The position numbers were made by a program, and so were the translations under genes. The notes under the pieces were generated by a model. That model did not search any database. It had not been told where the DNA came from and was given only the letters and a program-made list of their open reading frames with translations. A stretch of DNA of 64,000 bases from an uncultured Candidatus Saccharibacteria bacterium (GTDB lineage Bacteria > Patescibacteriota > Saccharimonadia > Saccharimonadales > Saccharimonadaceae): assembly GCA_937898545.1 (NCBI GenBank), contig CALEJV010000003.1, forward strand, positions 253,193-317,192, read 5' to 3'. The number at the start of each line of letters is the position of its first letter. Within the stretch, counting starts at the first letter, position 1. Positions 8,537 through 17,830 of the stretch are shown one piece after another.

Positions 8537-10630
8537 ATGGCAACCCCCAAGGATGTCCCTCTGCAGGACTTTCGCAACATTGGTATTATTGCCCATATCG
8601 ACGCCGGCAAGACGACGACGACAGAAGGTATTTTGTACCGCACCGGTATCAACCACAAGATTGGCGAAGTGAAAGGCGATGATGGTGGTGCTACCACCGA
8701 CTGGATGACCCAAGAAAAAGAGCGTGGTATTACTATTACCTCTGCAGCGGTGACCTGCTTCTGGAAGGGCCACAAGATTAACATCATTGACACCCCTGGG
8801 CACATCGACTTTACCGCTGAGGTGGAGCGCAGTCTGCGGGTGCTCGACGGCGCAGTGACCGTCTTTGATGGCAAGATGGGGGTAGAAGCCCAGAGTGAGA
8901 CCGTGTGGCGCCAGGCCAACAAATACGGTGTGCCACGTATCTGCTTCGTGAACAAGATCAATCAGACTGGTGGTGACTTCTACAAGTCGATCGAGTCAAT
9001 CCATAATCGCCTCAGCAAGCAGGCCTTCCCAATCCACCTGCCTATTGGCTTTGAGAAGGATGTCTGTGGTGTGGTTGATCTTATCGACATGAAGGCCTAC
9101 ACCTATGATGACTACACCGATCACGAGCTTAAGGTGGGCGAGATCCCAGCTGATATGCTCAACAAGGCAAAGCGGGCTCGCAGCCTGCTCGTTGAGAACG
9201 CTGTTGAGGCCGATGACGACCTGATGATGAAGTTCCTCGATGAGGGTGAGGATGCCATTACTATTGACGAGCTCAAGGCAGCGCTGCGCCAACGTGTCTT
9301 GGCTGGTGACTTCTTCTTGGTGACAGGTGGCGATGGCCGCGGTGTGATCGTCGAGAAGGTGCTTGACCTGATGGTTGATTACCTGCCAAGCCCGCTTGAT
9401 GTTGGTGAAATCTGGGGTAAGAACCCCAAGACTGGCGACGAAGTGAGCCGCCAGCCCGATGACAAGCAACCAATGACCGCACTAGCCTTCAAGCTGGCTG
9501 CCGACCCATTTGTTGGTAAGTTAATCTTCATCCGTGTCTACAGTGGTCGCTTGACTGCCGGTAGCTATGTCCTCAACACAACGACGGGCGAGAAGGAGCG
9601 TGTGGGGCGCATTGTCCGGATGCACGCCGACAAGCGCGAAGAGATCGACAGCGTGGGCGCTGGTGACATTGCTGCTGTGGTGGGCCTGAAGGGCACCTTC
9701 ACGGGGCATACCTTATGCGATCAAGCGCATCCAATTGCTCTTGAGGCGATTAGCTTCCCCGAGCCACCGGTATCGATCGCGGTGGAGCCCAAGACCAAGG
9801 CCGACCAAGAGAAGATGGGTATTGCCTTGCAGCGCCTGGCTGAGGAAGACCCAACCTTCCGCGTCTACACCGACGAAGAAACAGGCCAGACTATCATGAG
9901 CGGTATGGGTGAGCTTCACCTAGAGATTTTGATCGACCGCATGAAGCGCGAGTTTAACGTTGAGGCCAATGTTGGTGAGCCGCAAGTGGCCTACCGCGAG
10001 ACCATCAAGGGCACGGCTGAAGCGCAGGGTAAGCATGCCAAGCAGTCTGGTGGCCGTGGCCAATACGGTGATGTTTGGGTGCGCTTTGAGCCGAATGAGC
10101 CAGGCAAAGGCTATGAATTCTTCGACGAAATCAAGGGTGGTGTGGTGCCACAAGAGTACCGCCCAGCTGTACAAAAGGGTATTAAGGAGACGCTCGATGG
10201 CGGTGTGATCGCTGGCTACCCAGTGGTCGACGTCAAGGCAACCTTGTACGATGGAAGCTACCACGATGTCGACTCAAGCGAGCTCGCCTTCAATCTGGCT
10301 GCTCACCTGGCTGCCCGCGAAGGTATCAAGAAGGCTAACCCAGTCTTGCTTGAGCCAGTGATGAAGGTTGAGGTGACAACACCTGAGGAGTTCATGGGTG
10401 ATATCATTGGCGACCTCAATAGCCGCCGGGGCCGCATTGAGGCAATGGAAGACTTGATGGGCGGCGCGAAGCTCGTCAAGGCTATTGTGCCACTGGCAAA
10501 CATGTTTGGCTACACCAGCGACATCCGCTCGATGTCGCAGGGCCGAGCTGCTAGCACGATGGAACTTGCCCATTATGAGGAAGTTCCACCAAACGTCGCG
10601 CAGGAGATTATCGAGAAGCGCAGTAAGTAA
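8537..10630 (+). CDS. fusA: Elongation factor G
   Basis: [32 protein letters not shown] and QSGGRGQYG; SD AAGGAG upstream. Confidence 0.99.
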   Translation: MATPKDVPLQDFRNIGIIAHIDAGKTTTTEGILYRTGINHKIGEVKGDDGGATTDWMTQEKERGITITSAAVTCFWKGHKINIIDTPGHIDFTAEVERSLRVLDGAVTVFDGKMGVEAQSETVWRQANKYGVPRICFVNKINQTGGDFYKSIESIHNRLSKQAFPIHLPIGFEKDVCGVVDLIDMKAYTYDDYTDHELKVGEIPADMLNKAKRARSLLVENAVEADDDLMMKFLDEGEDAITIDELKAALRQRVLAGDFFLVTGGDGRGVIVEKVLDLMVDYLPSPLDVGEIWGKNPKTGDEVSRQPDDKQPMTALAFKLAADPFVGKLIFIRVYSGRLTAGSYVLNTTTGEKERVGRIVRMHADKREEIDSVGAGDIAAVVGLKGTFTGHTLCDQAHPIALEAISFPEPPVSIAVEPKTKADQEKMGIALQRLAEEDPTFRVYTDEETGQTIMSGMGELHLEILIDRMKREFNVEANVGEPQVAYRETIKGTAEAQGKHAKQSGGRGQYGDVWVRFEPNEPGKGYEFFDEIKGGVVPQEYRPAVQKGIKETLDGGVIAGYPVVDVKATLYDGSYHDVDSSELAFNLAAHLAAREGIKKANPVLLEPVMKVEVTTPEEFMGDIIGDLNSRRGRIEAMEDLMGGAKLVKAIVPLANMFGYTSDIRSMSQGRAASTMELAHYEEVPPNVAQEIIEKRSK

Positions 10631-10650
10631 GCCTTCTTGTATTATCTCTA

Positions 10651-10679
10651 TAAAACACCTCTGTTACAGGGGTGTTTTA
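10651..10679. terminator. Bidirectional terminator between fusA and hsp20
   Basis: TAAAACACCTCTG-TTA-CAGGGGTGTTTTA hairpin. Confidence 0.75.
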
Positions 10680-10767
10680 TTATCTTGTCTCAGTGCGAGG
10701 AATGGTGAGTAGTATGCAAAAGCCAGCATATATGCTGGCTTTTGTTGGTGCAAGGCTATGGCTCGTA

Positions 10768-11208
10768 CTACTTTTTCGTTTTCTTGTCGTGCTTGGCTAT
10801 TTTCTTGACGGCAATTTTTTGCGGCGCAGGTAGTGGCTTGAGTGGTACCGTTACCCTCAAGATGCCGTCCTCCAGATGGGCCTTAATCTGCTTGGCATCG
10901 CTACCATCCGGTACCTGTACACGACGGCAGAAGCTTGTGCTGCTCTCACGAACGACGTAGTTGCGCTGTTTGTCCTCGGTTTTTTCGTGCCGTTCGCCGC
11001 GGATGACGAGCGCACCATTGTCAAGGCTTACATCGAGGTCGTCCTCAGCAAAGTTCGGCACATGTGCTTCAACAACCAGTGTATTATCCACTGTGTAGAC
11101 GTCAGTCGCGACAGCTTGGCTGAGTGTCGTAGTAAAGGGGTTATCAAACAGCTGCCGCTGCAATGCGCGCAATTCCTCAAATGGATTGTATTTTGTAAGA
11201 CTACTCAT
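10768..11208 (-). CDS. Small heat-shock protein (Hsp20 / alpha-crystallin family)
   Basis: DVYTVDNTLVVEAHVP, LVIRGER, F.RRVQVP and AHLEDGILRVTVP. The ATG at 11208 has an AGGAGG SD; the longer 313-aa ORF call is an upstream extension. Confidence 0.92.
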   Translation of the reverse strand: MSSLTKYNPFEELRALQRQLFDNPFTTTLSQAVATDVYTVDNTLVVEAHVPNFAEDDLDVSLDNGALVIRGERHEKTEDKQRNYVVRESSTSFCRRVQVPDGSDAKQIKAHLEDGILRVTVPLKPLPAPQKIAVKKIAKHDKKTKK

Positions 11209-11311
11209 AGGGTGCCTCCTTATGTGTTGCTTTTGTATTCTTATCATAGCGCGGTAAATAGAACAATACAAGTACTTGCATCCGTCTATCAAAGCGCTTA
11301 TACTTATATGC

Positions 11312-12130
11312 ATGGCGCAATCGACTCGTCGGCAACGCAGACTGACACGGCTTACATGGCTGGGCTTCGCTGCTATGGTAGTAATTTTGTTAGGGTATAT
11401 GTATTGGGATGTCGAGCTGAGCCCAGCAGCCTCTACCACCAAGACTGCCGGTAGCGGTCTGGAAAAAACACTCGTGCTGGGCACCGATCCTGGCTTTAAG
11501 CCGTTTGAATATAAGCAGGGGCAGGAGATTGTTGGCTTTGATATTGACCTTGTGCGGGAGATTGCTAAGGACACAAACCGTTCGTTACAAATTGAGGAGA
11601 TCGCCTTTGATGGTCTTTTGCCCGCGCTACAGGCTGGGCGGATCGACCTCATTGCAGCTGGTATGACTGTCACGCCAGATCGGCGTAAGAATGCTGAGTT
11701 CTCGCACATGTACTATACTGCAGCGCAAAAGATAATTGTGCCAAAGACTGGCTCAACAATTGCCACCAGTGATGACCTCATTGGCAGGCGAATCGGTGTG
11801 CAGCTTGGCACCACAGCCGATACACTGGCACACAAGATTCGTGGGGCGCACGTGGTACAACTCCAATCGACAGCTAGTGTCGTGCAAGAGCTCAGCAGTC
11901 GGCGGATCGACGCTGCCATTATGGATGATGGGCCAGCTCAGCAATACCTCGCCACGAACCCGCAGCTCGTTGCCTTGCCACGCAACCTCTCACGCGAAGA
12001 CTACGCCATTGCTATCAAAAAAGGTAATAGCAAACTACTCGCTGAAGTAAACGCTAGCATTGCCGCAATGAAGCGTGATGGCCGCTACGATAAGCTCATC
12101 AAGAAACACTTTGGAGTGGCCCAGCCATGA
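11312..12130 (+). CDS. Polar amino-acid ABC transporter substrate-binding protein
   Basis: N-terminal TM anchor, then LVLGTDPGFKPFEY, GFDIDL, FDGLLPALQAGRID, GVQLGTT and YAIAIKKGN. Confidence 0.93.
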   Translation: MAQSTRRQRRLTRLTWLGFAAMVVILLGYMYWDVELSPAASTTKTAGSGLEKTLVLGTDPGFKPFEYKQGQEIVGFDIDLVREIAKDTNRSLQIEEIAFDGLLPALQAGRIDLIAAGMTVTPDRRKNAEFSHMYYTAAQKIIVPKTGSTIATSDDLIGRRIGVQLGTTADTLAHKIRGAHVVQLQSTASVVQELSSRRIDAAIMDDGPAQQYLATNPQLVALPRNLSREDYAIAIKKGNSKLLAEVNASIAAMKRDGRYDKLIKKHFGVAQP

Positions 12131-12828
12131 ATGTGTGGGATATCCTTTTTGGCGACAAGCGCTATCTCTTCTTGTGGCGCGGCCTAGAAGTGACCATCCT
12201 CCTGACCGTCTTTTCGACGATCATTGGGCTTGTGATTGGCCTGGTTGTCGCTCTTATGCAGCAGTCTGCCTGGCAGCCATTTCGCACCTCCAAACTACAT
12301 CGCTTCCAGCGCTGGCGGCCATGGGTGAGCTTAGCCAATGCTTATACCACGGTCATTCGTGGCACACCCGCTTTGGTGCAGCTACTCATTATGTATTACG
12401 TGGTATTTGGCTCTTACCGTGGGGTGCCCAAGCTGTGGATTGCAAGCCTCGCCTTTGGTATCAACAGTGGTGCGTACATTGCTGAGATTATTCGCGGCGG
12501 GATCGAAAGTATCGACAACGGACAAGTCGAAGCGGCGCGCTCGCTTGGCTTGAGTCGCTGGCAAACCATGCGTTATATCATTCTGCCTCAAGCGCTCAAG
12601 CAGTCATTGCCGTCACTGATCAGCGAGGGGATTTCGCTCCTCAAGGAGACATCAGTCGTTGGTTGGATTGGTATGAACGATCTGATGCGTGGTGCTGATA
12701 ATATCCGCTTCCAAACGGCCACCGCCTTTGAATCGCTCTTTGCCGCTGCAATGATTTACCTCGCCCTCACCACGCTATTTACGTGGGTGATGAATCGAGT
12801 AGAGAGGAGGCTTAAAGCGCATGATTAA
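12127..12828 (+). CDS. Polar amino-acid ABC transporter permease
   Basis: GL.VTI.LT, IRGTPALVQL, AYIAEIIRGGI and GQVEAARSLG (EAA loop). Confidence 0.95.
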   Translation: MNVWDILFGDKRYLFLWRGLEVTILLTVFSTIIGLVIGLVVALMQQSAWQPFRTSKLHRFQRWRPWVSLANAYTTVIRGTPALVQLLIMYYVVFGSYRGVPKLWIASLAFGINSGAYIAEIIRGGIESIDNGQVEAARSLGLSRWQTMRYIILPQALKQSLPSLISEGISLLKETSVVGWIGMNDLMRGADNIRFQTATAFESLFAAAMIYLALTTLFTWVMNRVERRLKAHD

Positions 12829-13549
12829 TATCAAGCAACTCCGCAAGCACTACGGCAACAATTATGTTTTGCGCGGCATTAACCTGACAATCAAGCGGGG
12901 AGAGGTTGTGGTTCTCTTGGGCTCGAGTGGTGGTGGCAAAAGCACGCTGCTTCGCTGTATTAATATGATCGAGACACCGACGAGCGGGGAAGTGTGGGTG
13001 GACGGCATTGAGATGACCAACCCAGCGACCGATCTTAACAAAGCCCGGACTGAGCTTGGCATGGTTTTCCAACAGTTTAACCTCTTTCCGCACATGACCG
13101 TGCTTGAAAATATCATGCTTGCACCACTCAAGGTACGCAAACTATCAAGAGCCAAAGCTAAGCGTCAGGCGCTTCAAATGCTCGATCTGGTTGGCCTTCG
13201 CGCCAAAGCCCAAGAATACCCAAGTCATCTCTCGGGTGGGCAAAAGCAGCGGGTAGCGATTGCTCGTGCCTTGGCAATGCAGCCAAAAGTCTTGCTCTTT
13301 GATGAGCCAACGAGTGCACTCGACCCTGAGATGGTTGATGAGGTACTAGCGGTTATTAAGCACCTTGCCGAAACAGGGATCACAATGATCGTCGTCACAC
13401 ACGAGATGTCATTTGCGCGCGATGTCGCATCGCGGATTGTCTTCCTTGACGGGGGTAAGATTATTGAAGATGGTACACCAGTGCAGGTCATTACTCACTC
13501 CGCACAGCCAAAAGTTCGCACCTTCTTTGCCGCACTCAGTAATAATTGA
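12821..13549 (+). CDS. Polar amino-acid ABC transporter ATP-binding protein (GlnQ-like)
   Basis: Walker A GSSGGGKST, VFQQFNLFPH, LSGGQKQRVAIARAL, LLFDEPTSALDPE and VTHE. Confidence 0.96.
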   Translation: MINIKQLRKHYGNNYVLRGINLTIKRGEVVVLLGSSGGGKSTLLRCINMIETPTSGEVWVDGIEMTNPATDLNKARTELGMVFQQFNLFPHMTVLENIMLAPLKVRKLSRAKAKRQALQMLDLVGLRAKAQEYPSHLSGGQKQRVAIARALAMQPKVLLFDEPTSALDPEMVDEVLAVIKHLAETGITMIVVTHEMSFARDVASRIVFLDGGKIIEDGTPVQVITHSAQPKVRTFFAALSNN

Positions 13550-13589
13550 TACATCCCTCTATGCTATAATGCGCCTAAGGAGGAATAGT

Positions 13590-14354
13590 ATGTCAGATAC
13601 AATACAGCGATTCAAAACACTCTTTGCTGGGAGCGGTGTCGACTACGTAGAATGCGAAGTCGTTAATGCAACGCAGCACTATCTACAGCTACGTGAGCAA
13701 GGCAAATGCGAGGGATTCACGCCAGTGATTGTAACGCTCGATGACCTCATCCTGGATGAGATAACAGAAGGCTTAGAGAACGCTGGCGTCCAGACAGTCC
13801 CCGAGCTTGTGCGGCGCACCATGGAAGCATCGCAGGCAGTTGATGTACCAGCCTTCTTTGCTCACGTTGCACAAGAGCTGCCAGCTGAAACAGCGAAAAA
13901 GGCTCAGCGCGCTTCTACTGTGGATGACTATTTTGCGTCGGGCTTCTTGGCGTCACCTGATGACGATGACCCTATTACAGTTGACTTCATCAGCCCATTC
14001 CAGGCAGATAGCGACAATCCGGTTATTATTATCAAACTACCAACCACAGTGCCGTATGAGGCATTAGCCTACCTCTGTATGGGTGGCTGGAATGATTGTC
14101 CCAAGCCAGCCATCCAGGTGGCGGTATCGCGCTATTGGTATGAGAAGTACGGTGCTGTGCCTGCCGCTATCAGCCATGATACTGTTGAGTATTACGTCGA
14201 GCGTCCACCGCAGACCGATGCTGATGCTAAGGCAGTTGCCGTTGAGCTCTTCTATTTTTCATATGGCGACGCAGTCTATCAAGGGTCGGAGACCTTTGAA
14301 GCTTTGGCAAACCAGGTATATAGCAGTCGACAGTGGTATGTTTGGTGGGACTAG
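13590..14354 (+). CDS. DUF4253-domain protein
   Basis: GGWNDCP, WYEKYGAVP..I..D.VE..V..PP, A.E.F.F..D and W..WWD match my recollection of DUF4253. SD AAGGAGG precedes the ATG at 13590. Confidence 0.8.
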   Translation: MSDTIQRFKTLFAGSGVDYVECEVVNATQHYLQLREQGKCEGFTPVIVTLDDLILDEITEGLENAGVQTVPELVRRTMEASQAVDVPAFFAHVAQELPAETAKKAQRASTVDDYFASGFLASPDDDDPITVDFISPFQADSDNPVIIIKLPTTVPYEALAYLCMGGWNDCPKPAIQVAVSRYWYEKYGAVPAAISHDTVEYYVERPPQTDADAKAVAVELFYFSYGDAVYQGSETFEALANQVYSSRQWYVWWD

Positions 14355-14381
14355 CTACTTTACTTTTTTGCCACCGCACCC

Positions 14382-14448
14382 TATAATAAATCCTAACGCG
14401 CGACGCGTTTTGTCGTAGTGTCTCTACTCCGGCAAGTAGCTCGCGTCG
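14382..14448 (+). promoter_or_regulatory. tuf promoter (-10 TATAAT) and structured 5' leader
   Basis: TATAAT at 14382-14387. CGACGCG (14401-14407) pairs with CGCGTCG (14442-14448) and encloses a CTACT/AGTAG hairpin. Confidence 0.55.
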
Positions 14449-14485
14449 TACCAAATATTAACATAAGTAAGGAGTACTTACCTAC

Positions 14486-15670
14486 ATGGCAGATTTCGAT
14501 CGAAGTAAGCCACACATTAACGTTGGTACTATGGGTCACGTCGACCACGGTAAAACAACGTTAACGGCTGCCATCACTCACGTGTTGGCAAAGCGTCTTC
14601 CAAGCGATGTAAACAAGCCTCGCAACTACGAAGACATCGACAACGCTCCTGAGGAGAAGCAACGCGGTATTACCATCGCCAGCTCCCACCAGGAATACGA
14701 GTCGGAGAAGCGCCACTACGCGCACGTTGACATGCCAGGTCACGCCGACTATGTCAAGAACATGATTACTGGTGCCGCTCAGATTGACGGTGCTGTGCTA
14801 GTGGTTGCCGCCAACGACGGTCCATTGCCACAGACACGCGAGCACGTGCTGCTTGCTCACCAGGTTGGTGTGCCAAAGATCGTCGTCTTCCTCAACAAGA
14901 TGGACTTGGCCGACCCAGAGTTGGTTGAGCTAGTTGAGATGGACGTCCGCGAGCTGCTCACCAAGAACGGCTACGATGGCGACAACGCACCAATCATCAA
15001 GGGTTCTGCCACCAAGGCGCTCGAGGGCGACACCGAGGCAGAAGACGCCGTGATGGAGCTGGTGGCTGCTATGGACGACTACTTCGAGTTGCCTCAGCGC
15101 GACCTCGACAAGCCATTCTTGATGCCAATCGAGGATGTCTTCTCGATCAAGGGTCGTGGTACAGTTGCAACTGGCCGTATCGAGCAGGGTGTCATCAAGA
15201 TCAACGACCCAGTAGAGATTGTTGGTCTTAAGCCAACTCAGACCTCTGTCGTGACTGGTGTTGAAGCCTTCAAGAAGAGCCTCGACCAAGGTCAGGCAGG
15301 TGACAACGCTGGTCTGTTGCTGCGCGGTATCGAGCGCACCCAGATCGAGCGCGGTCAGGTGATTGTCGCTCCAGGCACACTCACCCCACACACCGAGTTT
15401 GAGGCGGAAGTCTACATCCTTAAGAAGGAAGAGGGTGGCCGCCACACACCATTTAGCAAGGGCTACAAGCCACAGTTCTACTTCCGCACAACGGACGTGA
15501 CTGGTGAGATTGAGCTCCCTGCCGACAAGGAAATGGTGATGCCAGGCGACCAAGTAACCTTCAAGGTGACCTTGAACGCCCCAATCGCTATGGACAAGGG
15601 TCAAGACTTCGCTATCCGCGAAGGTGGCCGTACAGTCGGTGCCGGTGTTGTGACTAACATCGTCAAGTAG
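14486..15670 (+). CDS. tuf: Elongation factor Tu
   Basis: [41 protein letters not shown]. Confidence 0.99.
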   Translation: MADFDRSKPHINVGTMGHVDHGKTTLTAAITHVLAKRLPSDVNKPRNYEDIDNAPEEKQRGITIASSHQEYESEKRHYAHVDMPGHADYVKNMITGAAQIDGAVLVVAANDGPLPQTREHVLLAHQVGVPKIVVFLNKMDLADPELVELVEMDVRELLTKNGYDGDNAPIIKGSATKALEGDTEAEDAVMELVAAMDDYFELPQRDLDKPFLMPIEDVFSIKGRGTVATGRIEQGVIKINDPVEIVGLKPTQTSVVTGVEAFKKSLDQGQAGDNAGLLLRGIERTQIERGQVIVAPGTLTPHTEFEAEVYILKKEEGGRHTPFSKGYKPQFYFRTTDVTGEIELPADKEMVMPGDQVTFKVTLNAPIAMDKGQDFAIREGGRTVGAGVVTNIVK

Positions 15671-15694
15671 TTTGCATAGTACTCGCAAACTCAC

Positions 15695-15724
15695 AAAAAT
15701 ACCTCCCACAGGGGAGGTATTTTT
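15695..15724 (+). terminator. Intrinsic terminator after tuf
   Basis: AAAAATACCTCCC-ACA-GGGGAGGTATTTTT followed by a T-run. Confidence 0.85.
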
Positions 15725-15756
15725 GTTTTTTATACAAAAGATGATATGATACCGTC

Positions 15757-17181
15757 ATGAACTATACTATCACGAAGCATACCACCACGCAGGGTTTGCC
15801 TATCTGGCTGGTCGACACTCCTGACGCAACAACGATTCAAACTACCATTGCCGTACGGGCAGGGTATGAGTACGCTGGTGACGCTCGCATCTACGAAGCA
15901 CCACGTATCGTCCAGCACATCTTGACCCAAACCATGAATGATAACCACATTGGCGCGTCGGCGTGTATCTACCAAGATCGGCTGCAGCATTTTGTGGCTT
16001 ATTCACTTCAGGCAGAGAGCGCACCGCAGTTTGCTACAAAGCTAGGTCACATGATACATAGCCTCTACCAAACACGTATTACGCGCAACGCCTTCCAGAC
16101 TGCTAAAAAGCGCACGCTTGCCGAGCTTACCAAAGAAGAGCATGATATTGATGCTGCACTGATGAGCGACAACCAGTACCAGATGTTTGGACGACCAAAG
16201 CTCGCACAGCGCACTCAATCAGCAACTGATATATCACTAAGAGATGCGCAGCGATTTTACGGGATGTTTTATACACTAGCTAACAGTGACATTGTTATCA
16301 CTGCTAATATGCACGCGCCTGATTGGGATGAGACGGTAATTCTGCAGGCGATTGAGCAAGCCTGTGATGGTGCCGCGGTCGGGCAGCGATTTCCGCTCTA
16401 TCAAATGAGCTATCTTAAGACAATGACTCAACAAGATCGCTATGGGACAATTATCGTGCCGCAACTCTCAGCAAAACGTTTTCAGTTTAATGGCGTGTTG
16501 CATACGATCGGCTTTCACGGGTTTCGTCTCAACTTTGCGCAAGATCCACTGATGGAGATGAGCGCTCGGATGCTTGCAGAATGTATATTGGTACTGTTTA
16601 CCATGCCCAATCGATTAGGTGACTCTTTCAAAGACCACCCCTTATATCAAGCACGGTGTGCTGCAAAATACTGCACGATATTTAGTAAGAATGATATGGC
16701 TGTCCGCGAAACTGGCCAGTCATATCGCTTTATCATTCATTACATCGTCGAAGACAGTGATATGCCGCTGTTTGAGGAAAAGCTATGGCAAGGGCTGCAA
16801 AAGCTTGCAAATGAAGGAGTGCCACCCGAGGTATTTGAGATTGCTCAGCAAGCAGTATCATGGCGGATCGACAATGAGACAAAGGCAGAGCGCTTTCATC
16901 AGTGGGTGACTCGACAAATTATTAAACGGTTTAAGGACGAAGACCCGGTAGTGAGCTATGATGACATCGTTCGTGCATGCCGGGAAATACGACCAGAGAC
17001 TGTGACACTTGCTGCAAAAACCGCATTGCTTAAGAACTGGGTATTTAACACTCACATGACGATCGAGAATGACTGCCAATCTATCGCACGGACAATCTAC
17101 GATGCTATGGAGTCAGCATTAATTACGCTTGATGATATCCCAGGCAGGCTATCAGCAGAGGAGTTTGAGCAGGTAGCGTAA
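15757..17181 (+). CDS. M16 (insulinase-like) peptidase homologue, predicted inactive
   Basis: M16-like start (TTQGLPIWLV...IAVRAGYEYA), YTLANSDIVITAN and I..IRPETV..AA. The HxxEH position reads RIVQH. Confidence 0.65.
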   Translation: MNYTITKHTTTQGLPIWLVDTPDATTIQTTIAVRAGYEYAGDARIYEAPRIVQHILTQTMNDNHIGASACIYQDRLQHFVAYSLQAESAPQFATKLGHMIHSLYQTRITRNAFQTAKKRTLAELTKEEHDIDAALMSDNQYQMFGRPKLAQRTQSATDISLRDAQRFYGMFYTLANSDIVITANMHAPDWDETVILQAIEQACDGAAVGQRFPLYQMSYLKTMTQQDRYGTIIVPQLSAKRFQFNGVLHTIGFHGFRLNFAQDPLMEMSARMLAECILVLFTMPNRLGDSFKDHPLYQARCAAKYCTIFSKNDMAVRETGQSYRFIIHYIVEDSDMPLFEEKLWQGLQKLANEGVPPEVFEIAQQAVSWRIDNETKAERFHQWVTRQIIKRFKDEDPVVSYDDIVRACREIRPETVTLAAKTALLKNWVFNTHMTIENDCQSIARTIYDAMESALITLDDIPGRLSAEEFEQVA

Positions 17182-17197
17182 ATAAAGGATAAATAAA

Positions 17198-17236
17198 AAT
17201 CAAAAAGAGTGATAGTTGTTATCACTCTTTTTGATT
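17198..17236. terminator. Bidirectional terminator between the M16 homologue and inverted rpsJ
   Basis: Perfect 17-bp stem AATCAAAAAGAGTGATA / TATCACTCTTTTTGATT. Confidence 0.9.
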
Positions 17237-17254
17237 AACCAGCGTATAGCGGTG

Positions 17255-17575
17255 CTACATCCGGATCTCGACATCCACGCCAGCTGGCAAGCTGAGATTG
17301 TGGAGGTTGTCGATCGTCTTGGGTGTGGCGTTGGTGATATCAATCAAGCGCTTGTGGACGCGCATCTCGAATGTCTCACCGCCAGTCTTGTATACGTGTG
17401 GGCTTTTTACTACCGTGTAGCTGCTGCGCCGCGTTGGTAGTGGCACAGGACCTGCGACGTTTGCGCCAGTGCGCAGAGCGGTGTCGATAATTTGCTTGGC
17501 TGATTGGTCGATCACCTTGTGGTCGTATGCCTTGAGGCGAATCCGAATCTTGAGCCCTTGGTTGTTTTGAGCCAT
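17255..17575 (-). CDS. rpsJ: 30S ribosomal protein S10 (NusE)
   Basis: [34 protein letters not shown] and [18 protein letters not shown] upstream; own TG-N-TATAAT promoter. Confidence 0.98.
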   Translation of the reverse strand: MAQNNQGLKIRIRLKAYDHKVIDQSAKQIIDTALRTGANVAGPVPLPTRRSSYTVVKSPHVYKTGGETFEMRVHKRLIDITNATPKTIDNLHNLSLPAGVDVEIRM

Positions 17576-17830
17576 TGCTCCTCCTTTTATGTGCAACTCT
17601 GTAACTTTAGCAAGATCGAAACAAGCTAAATTATCAGAGTAAATTAATAATACATCTAGCATTATATCATGAGAATAGTCTGTATCCGAACATCAGCTAC
17701 AAAAGCACGAATCTCTCGCATATTTTTGAGCTTAAAGCCGGATTGACAACTGACCCTTTCGCTTCTGAGGCAATTCGTGTATACTGTACTAGATATAGCG
17801 TTTAGTAGTTAGTGGCAAAAGGGACAATAT

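Noticed and set aside
11209-11311. CIRCE/HrcA operator for hsp20
   Set aside because: No TTAGCACTC-N9-GAGTGCTAA; there is only a short near-palindrome (TACAAGTACTTGCA) of uncertain meaning.
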